A stretch of 64,000 bases of DNA from Macrostomum lignano (Eukaryota): contig NIVC01000128.1 of NCBI GenBank assembly GCA_002269645.1, positions 156,731 through 220,730 on the forward strand, given 5' to 3'. A program made the position numbers and the translations under genes. Below are positions 1 through 47,885 of this stretch, in pieces. The notes below the pieces were generated by a model, which saw only the letters and a program-made list of their open reading frames with translations, was not told the origin of the DNA and searched no databases. Positions within the stretch are counted from its first letter, which is position 1, and the number at the start of each line of letters is the position of its first letter.

Positions 1-1256
1 GTTGGCGTTGAACTCTGCGGCGCGCTGAAAAATGTGGTGGCCACTGGGGCCGGCTTCTGCGACGGCCTGGGCTACGGGGACAACACCAAGGCGGCCATCA
101 TCCGGTTGGGCCTGATGGAAATGATGAAGTTCATGCGCACTTTCTATGCGTCCAAGGGTAAGTTGCGTCCGTTCTCTGTGTTGGTGTGCATTTTATTGTA
201 GGCTTAAACTGGCCTGTTAATGGATTGTCGAACTGCTGCCCTAATGGGTTCTAAACCGTCCTAATGGGTTCTAAACCGTCCTAATGGGTTCTAAACTGTC
301 CTAATGGGTTCTAAACTGTCCTAATGGGTGCTAAACCGTCCTAATGGGTTCTAAACTGTCCTAATGGGTGCTAAACCGTCCTAATGGGTTCTAAACTGTC
401 CTAATGGTTTCTAAACTGTCCTAATAATGGGTTCTAAACCATTCGAATGGATTCTAAACTGTCCTGGGTTCTAAATCGTTCGAATGGGTTCTAAACTGTC
501 CTAATGGGTTCTAAACTGTCCTAATTGGTTCTAAACTGTCCTAATTGGTTCTAAACTGTCCTAATGGGTTCTAAACTGTCCTAATTGGTTCTAAACTGTC
601 CTAATTGGTTCTAAACTGTCCTAATGGGTTCTAAACTGTCCTAATTGGTTCTAAGAGATTATAAGGTTCTATTATGATGTTCTAAAAGTGCTAAGCTGCC
701 CATAGCAATTAATTTGAAATTTTAGCCTGCTAATTTATTTTGCTAAAAATGAGCTCAGTCTGAAGCACCCGCTGCCCCAATCTGGCCGCCCGCACTCCCG
801 ACAGGTGTCCAGGACCGGACCTTCTTTGAGTCGTGCGGCATCGCCGACCTGGTGACGACCTGTTACGGTGGCCGGAATCGCCGGCTGGCCGAGGCCTTCG
901 TGAAGACTGGCAAGCCAATCAGCCAGCTGGAGGACGAGCTGCTCAACGGCCAGAAGCTGCAGGGACCGCAGACTGCTGCCGAGGTGCTTGCGCTAATTGC
1001 CTGATAGATCTTTGCTGCTAGGGGTGGAGAACTGAGGTGGGAGCGGAGAGGCAGATTCCAGGACTGAGGTGAAAGCAGTTACTTTCATAGCAGTCACAAC
1101 GCCCCAAACACGGACTCGCAGGTGTACACAGGCCTGCAGGCTGCGGATCGTCTAGCCGAATTCCCTCTGATGGCGGCTGTTCACCTTATCTGCGAGAGGC
1201 GCCTCGCCCCCGAGAAGTTCATCGATACGCTGCGCAATCATCCGGAGCACGCTTAG
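1..1256 (+). CDS. GPD1: NAD-dependent glycerol-3-phosphate dehydrogenase, 3' part; exons <1-157, 805-983, 1122-1256 (stop TAG 1254-1256)
   Basis: Spliced translation [41 protein letters not shown]...[37 protein letters not shown]...[20 protein letters not shown]...[12 protein letters not shown]...LRNHPEHA* matches the conserved GPD1 C-terminal domain. GT-AG introns 158-804 (phase 1) and 984-1121 (phase 0) preserve frame. Confidence 0.96.
241..655. repeat. 20-bp minisatellite (CTAATGGGTTCTAAACTGTC), ~20 copies, in a GPD1 intron
   Basis: Directly visible tandem units. Confidence 0.95.
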
Positions 1257-1590
1257 ATTGTCAATAATTGATGAAAAATTTGCTGATATTTCTACTGCCA
1301 GTAGACTGTTGAAGGATGGCAATATTGAATAGATTTTTTTTGAAAAAAAAGTTGGAACATTCGATTTTCTCTTTTAGCTATTTTGTCAGTTTTAACACTC
1401 CATGTGCATTTATTTTCCCTGAATAGATATAATTACGTTTTTGGTTCGCATATAAAAATATTTTCCAGTTTTGAAGTATTGAAAAGCCCAGCTGTATGAG
1501 CTGACCACATATTTTTGCATAAGCCGCTACATTCGCTTCAGTAGTTCTACTTTTTTTCTCATTTTAAAATCAATGATTTCTCAATGCCGA

Positions 1591-1804
<214 letters not shown>

Positions 1805-2780
1805 GAGTCTCTCAGTCTGTTTGCCAGTCAGTCGTAATTGCCCATATCTGTTTTTTGACTCGACTAGCCATTAGTTTACTCAAACCTCTCTGTTTCTGTA
1901 TTTCCGCTTCTCTTGTCTTAACATTCACCGCGCAGTCTTTTCCGCCCAGATTTCCTGCCCTCCCTAACCAAATATTCGTCGGATCTCACTCTTTATTCTC
2001 AATTTTAGTCGAGAGCCAACAACTGCGGCTGGATTGAAATTGCAATAGCATTGGTCCAGCACTTGGCATAATGCAGACAGACAGCCCGCCAACTGCACCC
2101 AGTGACACCGTATTATCAGCTGACTTTTTACCTTATCGTCGAAGCGAATAATTGCGATGCTTTCAGTCATTGGCGGTGCAAGTAAATATTTGGAATATAA
2201 AAACTTCTGTCTCTAGTTTAGCAACGCAGGCTGATCAAGTGAAAGTCTATTGGATGCCAAGGCTTGTAGTGAAAAAATGCATTTATAAATTCGAATGATT
2301 CTCGGCACTTCGAACCTCTGTCGCAGCTAATGGCGCAGTGCTTTTTTCGCATATAGAACCTGCGCGTGCTACATTGTATAAAAAAATTAATAACGATATG
2401 CATCTGCTTTGGCTCGTTGCTCTGTCTCTGCCCTGCAGTGTTTGTAAGTCATTCTCTCCTTTGTCAGATTGCCAAATGGACAGTAAAACCAATCAAATTG
2501 ACGATTCTATTAAAATTCAGCAGCGGGTGTCAGAAATGAATAATATTTGAATGGAACAAAGATTGTAGCAGTCCTAAGCCTGCCGAAACGAGGGTGAAAG
2601 CAACGATGTCTGCCCGCCAGCAAAAGTTGTCTATGGCCCCAAGTGGGCACAAAGAAACTATGTGTATATTTTCAGCTAATATTAGCATTAACATGAGATA
2701 TTAACATTAACATGAGATAAACATTAGATATATAGTCCATTGACAGTCTTTAGATTTCTCACGCGGAATACCTCCTGACC

Positions 2781-4229
2781 TTAGTTTGATTGATTAAAGT
2801 TAAACGTACAATTTTCAAACTTGCAATTTCCAAACAGTGAGCTTGCACTCTGGGAACTGCCAACTGCAATAGAGTAGTTGGTAGCAGATCTCGTGAATGA
2901 GTTCGTAGCCGATCTCTCGATTACGTCTCCAGTCGATACAACCGACGTGTTCGATGCGATAAAGCTTGTTTCAGACCGGCCTGGAACAGCCAGTCGACGA
3001 CTAATAGTGTTTGATAGATCTACCTTCTTCGAGAACTTCATTCTCTTGTTGTAGAGGTCCACACTCTCGATTCTTTTGTGGCCGGTTACGACTTGAATGT
3101 CTGATCTACTGACTTCATCTTCGATTAGGTTTGACACAACCGACGCTCGAATGCAATGATTTGTGTGGGAACGGCAACTCAGACCAGCCTGATCGCACAG
3201 TTTTTTCATAAACTCGTTCAACCAATTCTTGCCAAGCACCAGGGTCTTGTGGTACCACATACCGTCTTTGTCGGCTTGATTCAAAGGCTTGGGCCAGAGA
3301 CAGGCAACATCTGCTGGAATGACCGACAGACAACTCAATCGCCCGTACAGGACATGTGCCCGGATAATCCGGTGTCTCGGCTAAGATAATGCTCTTAGAT
3401 GTCGACGGATTACTATCAGACACAGTTTTTTCGATAGATGTCTTCAGCAGGTCCACATAGCGAACACCGTCATGCTCGTAAATTTTCACATCGGCCTTAG
3501 TCAACTCTCGTAGCCACTCCCTACCGCGAAAACCAAAGCCATAAACAATCTTGAACAGAACTTCAAATTGCAATCGAGTTGGCGTCGAACGATCGAAATA
3601 GAGGCGTAGGCGGTTGAAATCTTCGTCGTCAATTGGACAGTACTTTGGACCGCTGCCTACAGCCTTTTTTGCTGAAGCGATTTGACCAACATAGCCTTGT
3701 ACGTTCGATCAAACGATAAGAACGCATCGTTGCCAATCAGCTTCAGATTTCGCTTCTCTAATAAATACCGGTGCACAGACGCGCGAAAACACGTCAGTGT
3801 ACTTACAGCATATGGCTTTCCATCAGCTGTTTTTAACTGAACGAAGAACAGGCGTAGATAGGAGTTGAGATACCTCACTGGCATATTCTCGATGTGATCA
3901 GGTAAATTCTCCGCGCGTAGAAACTCTTTTAGTATGCGAATATGCAATTCAGTTTGCTTAACCGTCGACTTCCGTTTACTTTCTTGCTCCACATGATGTA
4001 GGCCAGCTTCTTCTTCTTCGGTCAATTCACGAAACAGGTTTCCAACCTGATCTTCCGGTGTAGGATTGCGTAGTTCCTCATCAATTAGCCTCTCTTGCTC
4101 ATCCGTCAGCCCTGTCCATTGACCGATTCTGTCGACACGGTCCCGAGGATCGAGATGCGTGATGAAATCGAGCTCATCTGAGCTCAATCCACTAATTTCG
4201 TCTTCGCGTATTGAAGAATAACGCAGCAT
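2781..4229 (-). pseudogene. Tyrosine recombinase (DUF3504/KCTD1-ZMYM-like Crypton YR), ~480 aa when two frameshifts (~3665 and ~3330) are repaired
   Basis: Joins ORFs 3657-4259, 3115-3573 and 2781-3338. Motifs GFRGRE (Arg), CPVRAIE, VLGKNWL, HTNHCIRAS (H-x-x-R), VTGHK..SVDLY (His, Tyr) and C-terminal FGNCKFENCTFNF. Confidence 0.88.
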
Positions 4230-4470
4230 ATTCGACAAACAGTAAAGGAATAAAAACACGATGGATTTTTCTTTCTAACATGACTTCAACATGACTTAAT
4301 ATGACAGGTCTCGAGTGCTTAGGCCATAGACAAGTGAAGAAGAAGCGGGCGAGAAACGAAGCCAATAGCTTACTTCAAATGGAATTTGACCATAGAATGG
4401 ATTCAGCGGGCGTGAAATGGTATTTCTCGCCCGCTGCGTTGGCAGGCTTAGATTGGCTACAATACTAATT

Positions 4471-4554
4471 TAGTTAGGCTGTTGAGGGCAGAAATAAGCG
4501 AATCAGCCTCGGCGCTGTCTGTTTCGCTTATTTCTGCCCTCAACAGCCTAACTA
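4471..4554. repeat. Perfect 32-bp inverted repeat with 20-nt loop (arms 4471-4502 and 4523-4554); second 15-bp stem at 4404-4436
   Basis: TAGTTAGGCTGTTGAGGGCAGAAATAAGCGAA and its exact reverse complement. Confidence 0.95.
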
Positions 4555-4663
4555 TATTAATATATTGAGAGCCAAGGCTTGAGAGCAGCAGAAGCTATAG
4601 TCTATGGTCTTAACCGTGGGTTTTCGCGCTGCGGTCAGGCGGCTGGAGTGGCGCATCTTTTCA

Positions 4664-4790
4664 CTTTGACACCTAAAGTGGCACTCCAGGCACCTAAAGT
4701 GGCACTCCAGGCACCTAAAGTGGCACTCCGGACACCTAAAGTAAATCCCACCCCAACCGATTAGGTGATCCCGGACACCCGAAATAGATC
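4664..4790. repeat. Short 21-bp tandem (GGCACCTAAAGTGGCACTCCA) grading into GGACACC..AGATCCC units; same family as 7525-8150
   Basis: Shares TGACACCTAAAGTGGCACTCC with 7530. Confidence 0.8.
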
Positions 4791-5267
4791 CCAGTGTGGC
4801 TTGGAATTGCGAGCTGTCAATTTGATTGTCTTTTTTATTGTCTATGGCCGAGACCAGTTCCGTGGCAGTGGCTGCTGCTGCAGCGCGGATTCTGTGCTGA
4901 ATCGGCTTGACTCGAATTGACTTCCAAAAGCAATATTTAGTACGACAAATTCAATTTACTGTTTTGAATTTTCATCGCGTATGCAAACTCCTAATTGAGT
5001 TGTGCGCTTTTTCTTGCGGCTAATTCGCTCGGTCAGAATCATGGACAACAGCCAACTGTCCATGCTCAGAGGATACATCAATATCTTAGCTTTTGGGGTT
5101 CGACACGCGATCTGACTGTATAATTTTGTTGCGCTGACTCTGTGCTTCATCAATCTGGTTTGGAGTCTGGGGAAGTCTGAGCTCGCATGGAGTTCTGCGT
5201 GAAACATCTGGTACTGACAAGCACTATGGACGGACCCTTGTTTTACTTAGAGTTTTTCATTCAGATC

Positions 5268-5895
5268 AACGCTGAGTTCTTCCAGCTTGGCGCCTCTCCC
5301 GTCTCACAGCTTGGCGCCTCTCCTGACTTCCAGTTTGGCGCCTCTCCTGACTTCCAGTTTGGCGCCTCTCCTGACTTCCAGTTTGGCGCCTCTCCTGACT
5401 TCCAGCTTGGCGCCTCTCCTGACTTCCAGCTTGGCGCCTCTCCTGACTTCCAGTTTGGCGCCTCTCCTGACTTCCAGTTTGGCGCCTCTCCTGACTTCCA
5501 GTTTGGCGCCTCTCCTGACTTCCAGTTTGGCGCCTCTCCTGACTTCCAGCTTGGCGCCTCTCCTGACTTCCTGTTTGGCGCCTCTCCTGACTTCCAGTTT
5601 GGCGCCTCTCCTGACTTCCAGTTTGGCGCCTCTCCTGACTTCCAGTTTGGCGCCTCTCCTGACTTCCAGCTTGGCGCCTCTCCCGTCTCACAGCTTGGCG
5701 CCTCTCCTGACTTCCAGTTTGGTGCCTCTCTTGACTTCTTGTTTGGCGCCTCTCCTGACTTCCAGCTTGGCGCCTCTCCCGTCTCACAGCTTGGCGCCTC
5801 TCCTGACTTCCAGTTTGGCGCCTCTCCTGACTTCCAGTTTGGCGCCTCTCCTGTCTCACAGCTTGGCGCCTCTCCTGACTTCCAGTTTGGCGCCA
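5268..5895. repeat. 24-bp minisatellite (TTGGCGCCTCTCCTGACTTCCAGT), ~26 copies
   Basis: Visible units; explains ORFs 5187-6068, 5261-5944, 5266-5928, 5287-5937. Confidence 0.95.
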
Positions 5896-6599
5896 TATAT
5901 TCAGGTCTGGGCCCCCTGTCTTGCACATGCAGGTTGACCTGCATACTCGTAAAGAGTCACCAAAAAATGAGCCATTTCACAACTGACGTCTTTGCTTGTA
6001 ATGCAAGTCTGCATCAGTCAGTTCGCACTGCGTGTTGCTTATTTATTAAAGCTCCATGGTCTGAGTGATCCGTGCGCTGGGCTGTTGCAAGCCTCAAGAC
6101 TTGCAAATCAACTTATAATCAAGCGGCTGGTCCCCTGCCAGCGGTATCCGCAATCAGATATCTGCGACCGCCAAGCAGCCACTCCGATATTTGATCTGCC
6201 AGCGGGCTCGCTGCTTGGCCACTTGCTACTATCAATTCCATCAGCATCGCATCAAGAGCCCAAGCGACCGTGTTGAGGGGGGGGGGAGACGAGTTTTTGG
6301 GATTTCGAGTCGGGGGATTACGCAATTCTAAACACCCCCCTTCATCTTTGCGACGACGCGAAAGACGTATTGGGATCGAGCTGCGTTTAACTGAATAAGC
6401 GGAATTGAGTTCCGGCTCTGCGCGCGGGCTGGGGGCGCCACGGTTTCAGGGGCAGCGGGCCGTCGCTATCGACTCAGTTGGTGGGCATTTCTGCTGCTGC
6501 TGCTGCCCGTATCTGAACTCTGGCGCCGCACTGCCTTAGCGAAAGGATTTGGGAGTCAGTGAAATACCCACTGGCTTTTCTTCTGACAGATTCAGATCT

Positions 6600-7010
6600 C
6601 AGTTTGGCGCCCCTCCTATCTCACAGTTTGGCGCCCCTCCTGTCTCACAGTGTGGCGCCCCTCCTGTCTCACAGTTTGGCGCCCCTCCTGTCTCACAGTG
6701 TGGCGCCCCTCCTGTCTCACAGTGTGGCGCCCCTCCTGTCTCACAGTGTGGCGCCCCTCCTGTCTCACAGTGTGGCGCCCCTCCTGTCTCACAGTTTGGC
6801 GCCTGTCTTGTCTCACAGTTTGGCGCCTGTCCTGTCTCACAGTTTGGCGACCTCCTGTCTCACAGTTTGGCGCCTGTCCTGTCTCACAGTTTGCATCTCG
6901 AATATCGTCAAGTTTGGTGCCCATATCATCAAGTTTGGCGCCCATATCATCAAGTTTGGCGCCCATATCATCAAGTTTGGCGCCCAAATCATCAAGTTTG
7001 GCGCCTCTCC
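6600..7010. repeat. 24-bp (TTTGGCGCCCCTCCTGTCTCACAG) then 21-bp (TTTGGCGCCCATATCATCAAG) minisatellite, related to 5268-5895
   Basis: Visible units with shared TTTGGCGCC core. Confidence 0.93.
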
Positions 7011-7524
7011 CGTCAGTCAGTCGAACAGAGAACCAAATTGCTGTTAACTGGTTCAGTTTTACTCAAGGATAAAGTTTCAACCTTTGAACCTAAAAAATGA
7101 TTTCAGTGGACCCAGCCTCGCGGAAATTCCAGCCGCCCGCTACAAAAAATCCGGCAAAATTGGCTTGTTAAACAGTGCAGAATTATCGAATTTGAGGCCA
7201 AATAATAGGAAATTGTGGGCCAAGTGCTGGCGCAGGGCCACTTGCAGCAAAGATAAAAGATGTTAGCAGTAGGGATTATGCTGTTACTTAATTTCTCCTG
7301 GCAGTCGCGAGCAGCTAAGGAGTAGCTTCAAGCCAAGCTTTGGCCTCGGTTTTTTTGTCCGGGCCGCAAAACTGGGTCGATGCGCCGTCCTGAGAAAGAA
7401 ATTGCCCCGCTTCCCCGAAATTCGAATTGGCTACCCTACAGCTGGCTCGAAATCGCAGTGCAGTGCAGCGTTCATGCGGCTTCAATCTGACGGTTATCTG
7501 ATAGTTATTGCCCCCGTCTGCCTC

Positions 7525-8150
7525 ACCCTGACACCTAAAGTGGCACTCCGGACACCCAAAGCAGATCCCGGACACCCAAAGCAGATCCTGGACACCCAAA
7601 GCAGATCCCGGACACCCAAAGCAGATCCCGGACACCCAAAGCAGATCCCGGACACCCAAAGCAGATCCTGGACACCCAAAGCAGATCCTGGACACCTAAA
7701 GCAGATCCCGGACACCCAAAGCAGATCCCGGACACCCAAAGTAGATCCCGGACACCCAAAGTAGATCCCGGACACTCAAAATGGATCCCGGACAACCAAA
7801 ACATTTCTTGGACACTCGAAGCATATCCTGGACACCCAAAGCAGATCCCGGACACCCAAAGTAGATCCCGGACACCCAAAGTAGATCCCGGACACACAAA
7901 GTAGATCCCGGACACACAAAGTAGATCCTGGAAAACGAAAATAGATCCTGGCGTCCAAAGTATATCCTGGACACCCAAAGTAGATCCCAGGCACTTAAAG
8001 TAGATCCCGGACACCCAAATTAGATCCCAGGCACTTAAAGTAGATCCCGGACACCCAAAGTAGATCCCACCCAACCAACCGGACCACCCAAAGTAGATCC
8101 CGGACACACAAAGTAGATCCCAGACACCCAAAAAAGATCCCGGACATCCA
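7525..8150. repeat. 20-bp minisatellite (GGACACCCAAAGCAGATCCC), ~30 copies, degenerating rightwards
   Basis: Visible units. Confidence 0.93.
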
Positions 8151-8935
8151 AGGTAGATTCACCTCAATCCATCCCAGTGCATTACTTTCACAATGGCTCT
8201 CTAACCATTTCTGACAATTGAAACTCCAACCACGTCCTCTCATTGGCTAGCCGAACAGCCAATAGGAGGCCAGCAGGGATTAGGCTGCTAAAGTTAGTCA
8301 AAGCGGATCCCAGAAAAGCGCAAGAGAGAAGGTTCGGCTGGTCAGTCAAGAAACTGCCACCAGGCAAGCAGAGCGGGTAAAAAAATAAATTCACTTAAAC
8401 ACAAGCCGGCAGAAGCAGAAATTGCAGAAGAAGAGGAAGAACTGTGTCTACATATTCAGCAGGGCCTCATCTCCCTCCTTTCTGCTGCGAATTGTTTGCC
8501 ATGATGATTGGGCGGCTCGGAGCGGGCCCCTGCCTCGGCTGGACTCGCTGTTGACTCAGGGGGTGCCGCCTTGAACAACCGCAACCTGCTGCTGCACCTC
8601 GAGCTGCTGGAGAATCCGCCCCGCAGGCCGGGAGTAATTGAAGGCCATCCATCAGCTCGCACCGCGATTCGTTCAGAGGCGGATCAAAGCCTGTCGGAGC
8701 CCCCCCCCCAGCTCAGGCTATTTCTTGACTTTTGACAGAAAGGAAAACAAGACGCAGGACAGGCTGCTACAGTCTCCACCGACTGCGCCTTTTCGGGAGG
8801 GATTTTAATCCCCTCAACGCTGAGAAAATCCCCTCGTCGGCTCAGCTTCCTACATCAGAATTATCCCCCCCCTCCCCCCAAACTTACTCGCGCGCCACTC
8901 CCGCGTCCGTTTCATCGCTGTGTGATTTCTGACCG

Positions 8936-45414
<36,479 letters not shown>

Positions 45415-46689
45415 CCGTCCATCAATGGACCATGGACCGCTAAAGCAGAAGACCGCTGCACTTGCAGACCGTGCGAACCGCCTGCTTTCTCTGCAAGTTT
45501 CCGGAAGCACCGGATCATCAAACGATTTGCACGATTTGCCTGTGTAACGTCATACTGCTTGAGTTGGTCCATGCAATCATCTTGCCTGCGAGTGCACCTG
45601 ATATTCCACAATACGAATTGGGTTGATAGACTAAAAAATGACTCAGTTTTATAATTATACATTTGGATCTGTCCGCAGTGCTTCTTACACTGCTCAAAAA
45701 CTAAAGTAAATTCAAAATCAAACACCCCACGACCCGATTATGAAATCTTCCATTTTACCACTTAAATTTGTTATTCTCGCGCTTTACTCTCTACTTATCA
45801 GTCTGTGCAGTAGCAATGTACGAGCTTTTTAAATCAAAATGCAGCAAATAATGGAATGAATCCACTACAGTCAGTGTGACCCTTGAAAATACAATTTTTC
45901 TGACAAGTTAACTTTTTTGCGATTAAAACAACGATCGAATGCTAATATTAATGCAACATTATATATTTATGATTATCATTCGTCTGAAACAGCTTTTAGT
46001 TTTGGCAAACTAAAACTATTCTGAAATATAAGCTATGTTATTTAATGATTGTACTTTCTGGTAACCATACGACAGTATATATTAATTATTGCTTAATTCA
46101 TTGTACACTTACCGTGTCTTAAGAGCTCTAAACTGATTTGAGTCCATCAAGATTACAGATATAAATTGAAATATTTGCAGGAGGGATGCGGGCACCGTAG
46201 CACGTCAACGCCTTCGGCGACATCGTCCCGGCAATTCTGCCCATTCCGCTGACGCGTTGTCTATTATCTGCCCATTATCTATTGATTTATTGATTGATTT
46301 ATTTATTTATTTATTGATTTAGTGAGAAAACTATGCAGTTCAACTATAAGAGAAAGAATAAAGGAAATAATCCATTATCGGCCCGACTAAAGGAAATAAT
46401 CGATTATCGGCCCGACTTTTCGGGCCAAAATGAAATCGTCTATGGCAATAATCGAATATCAGCCCGCCCGATAGCCACGAAGTCATGATACAATCACAGT
46501 ATTACCCATTATGCCTAGATTTCTCGGGCCGAAACATGAATACAACCATCAGTATGTGGCCCGGAACATTTTGTCTATGGTCGAACTTAAATGCATTATA
46601 TTTTGAAAAAAAGCAGATTGAACGATTGACCAGTGTATCAAGCAAAAAGTGGTGTAGCATTAATTGTTCTAGTAATTACGTGCAAACAG

Positions 46690-47305
46690 TTAGGTAGCTA
46701 CAGTTACAAGAATAATTGGACTCTGGCTCCGTTCTTCTCCAGAATGACAGTCGGGTTGCCTGATGGAGTAGGTTTGACTGGACACAACTTTTTCATGCGA
46801 TACAGTAAACACCTCGGTTTTCGTAGAATCCTGATGTAGGCCGGCTGTGAGACTATGAGAAACATTGATCTTCCTCTTTTCAGAGATGTGTTTGGTGTAC
46901 CAGCTGACAGAATCGTTGCTGCAATGGCCTGAAAAAAATATTGTTTAATTTTTGTCAATGTATATTCACGGTAATAACACAAATAACAGTAGCAGTGCGC
47001 ATACATGTATAGCGTCCCACTTACCTGTCACCGCCTTGATTTCTTCAATTGTGTGTCCATTATCGACCAGGTTTGGCACTGTTGTCGACCTAATGCAATG
47101 GTTGGTGTAGACTCGGCTGAGTCCAGCTCGATCAGAAATTTTCTTCATCATCTCGTTCAGAGTATTCTTTCCAAGAACACAGGTTGAAGAGTACCAATAC
47201 ATTTGGTGACGTTGAATTGATCTTGACAGCTGTTGGAAAAAGAGCGCTCATCAGCTCTGGAATCTTGGACAGGTACATCTCGACAGCCTCAACAGAATGA
47301 ATCTT
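46690..47305 (-). pseudogene. C-terminal tyrosine-recombinase fragment with a 96-bp GT-AG intron (46929-47024); exons ~47305-47025 and 46928-46690
   Basis: SVEAVEMYLSKIP...(frameshift)...WYSSTCVLGKNTLNEMMKKISDRAGLSRVYTNHCIRSTTV..IKAVT-G/HCSNDSVSWYTKHIS. Splicing GTAAGT...TTTTTTTCAG restores the catalytic VTGH..Y motif; paralogous to the 2781-4229 YR. Confidence 0.85.
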
Positions 47306-47559
47306 AAGCAATATAGGCTTCTGAATTTTCTGCTTTACGCATGTCTTATTAAAAATCATATTAAAGACAGATTAATCTATGGTGATAAGTGCATGGGGGC
47401 TTCGCCCCACACCCCATTTTTGAATGAAATGATGAAAATGAATGTCAGCTTGTCGAAATAGAATGCAAGTTTTGTTGATATTGAACTGAAAAGGATCACT
47501 TATACCACTTGATTTGCATTTGGTGCCTCGTGCCATATGCCCTTTGAAGCTTCAAAATA

Positions 47560-47885
47560 CAAGCTATAGCAATCCGACCCGCTCAAGGTTTCTGTCTCTT
47601 CTCAGCTCTCTTCTCTTCTCGTCTCCTCTCCCTTCTCTTTTCTTCGCTCCCCTCTCTTCTCTCCACTCTTCCCTCTCCTTTGTCCTCTCTCCCTTCTTTT
47701 CTATCCCCTTTCCTCTTTTCTCTCCTCTCTTCTCCTCTCTTCTCTCTTCTCATCTTCTCTTCCCTCTCCCTCTCTTCTCTCATCTCTCATTTTCTACTCC
47801 CTCTCCTTTCCTTTCACGCCTGGCCCGCATCCATGAGCTGGACTTCATATCTGGGCCCTGATGTAAAAAAGTTTGCGAACCCCTG
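47560..47885 (-). mobile_element. hAT-type MITE with purine-rich interior (one end clear)
   Basis: Terminus CAGGGGTTCGCAAAC (reverse complement of 47871-47885), GGGCC motifs and segment GCAATCCGACCCGCTCAAGGTTT shared with the 59239-59803 copy. Confidence 0.7.

Larger units (their letters stand above)
2627..4554 (-). mobile_element. Crypton-type tyrosine-recombinase DNA transposon, copy 1 (boundaries approximate)
   Basis: Contains a frameshifted YR gene. 12-bp inverted repeat TTGTCTATGGCC 2627-2638 / GGCCATAGACAA 4322-4333. 32-bp perfect hairpin 4471-4554 upstream of the ORF. Confidence 0.75.
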
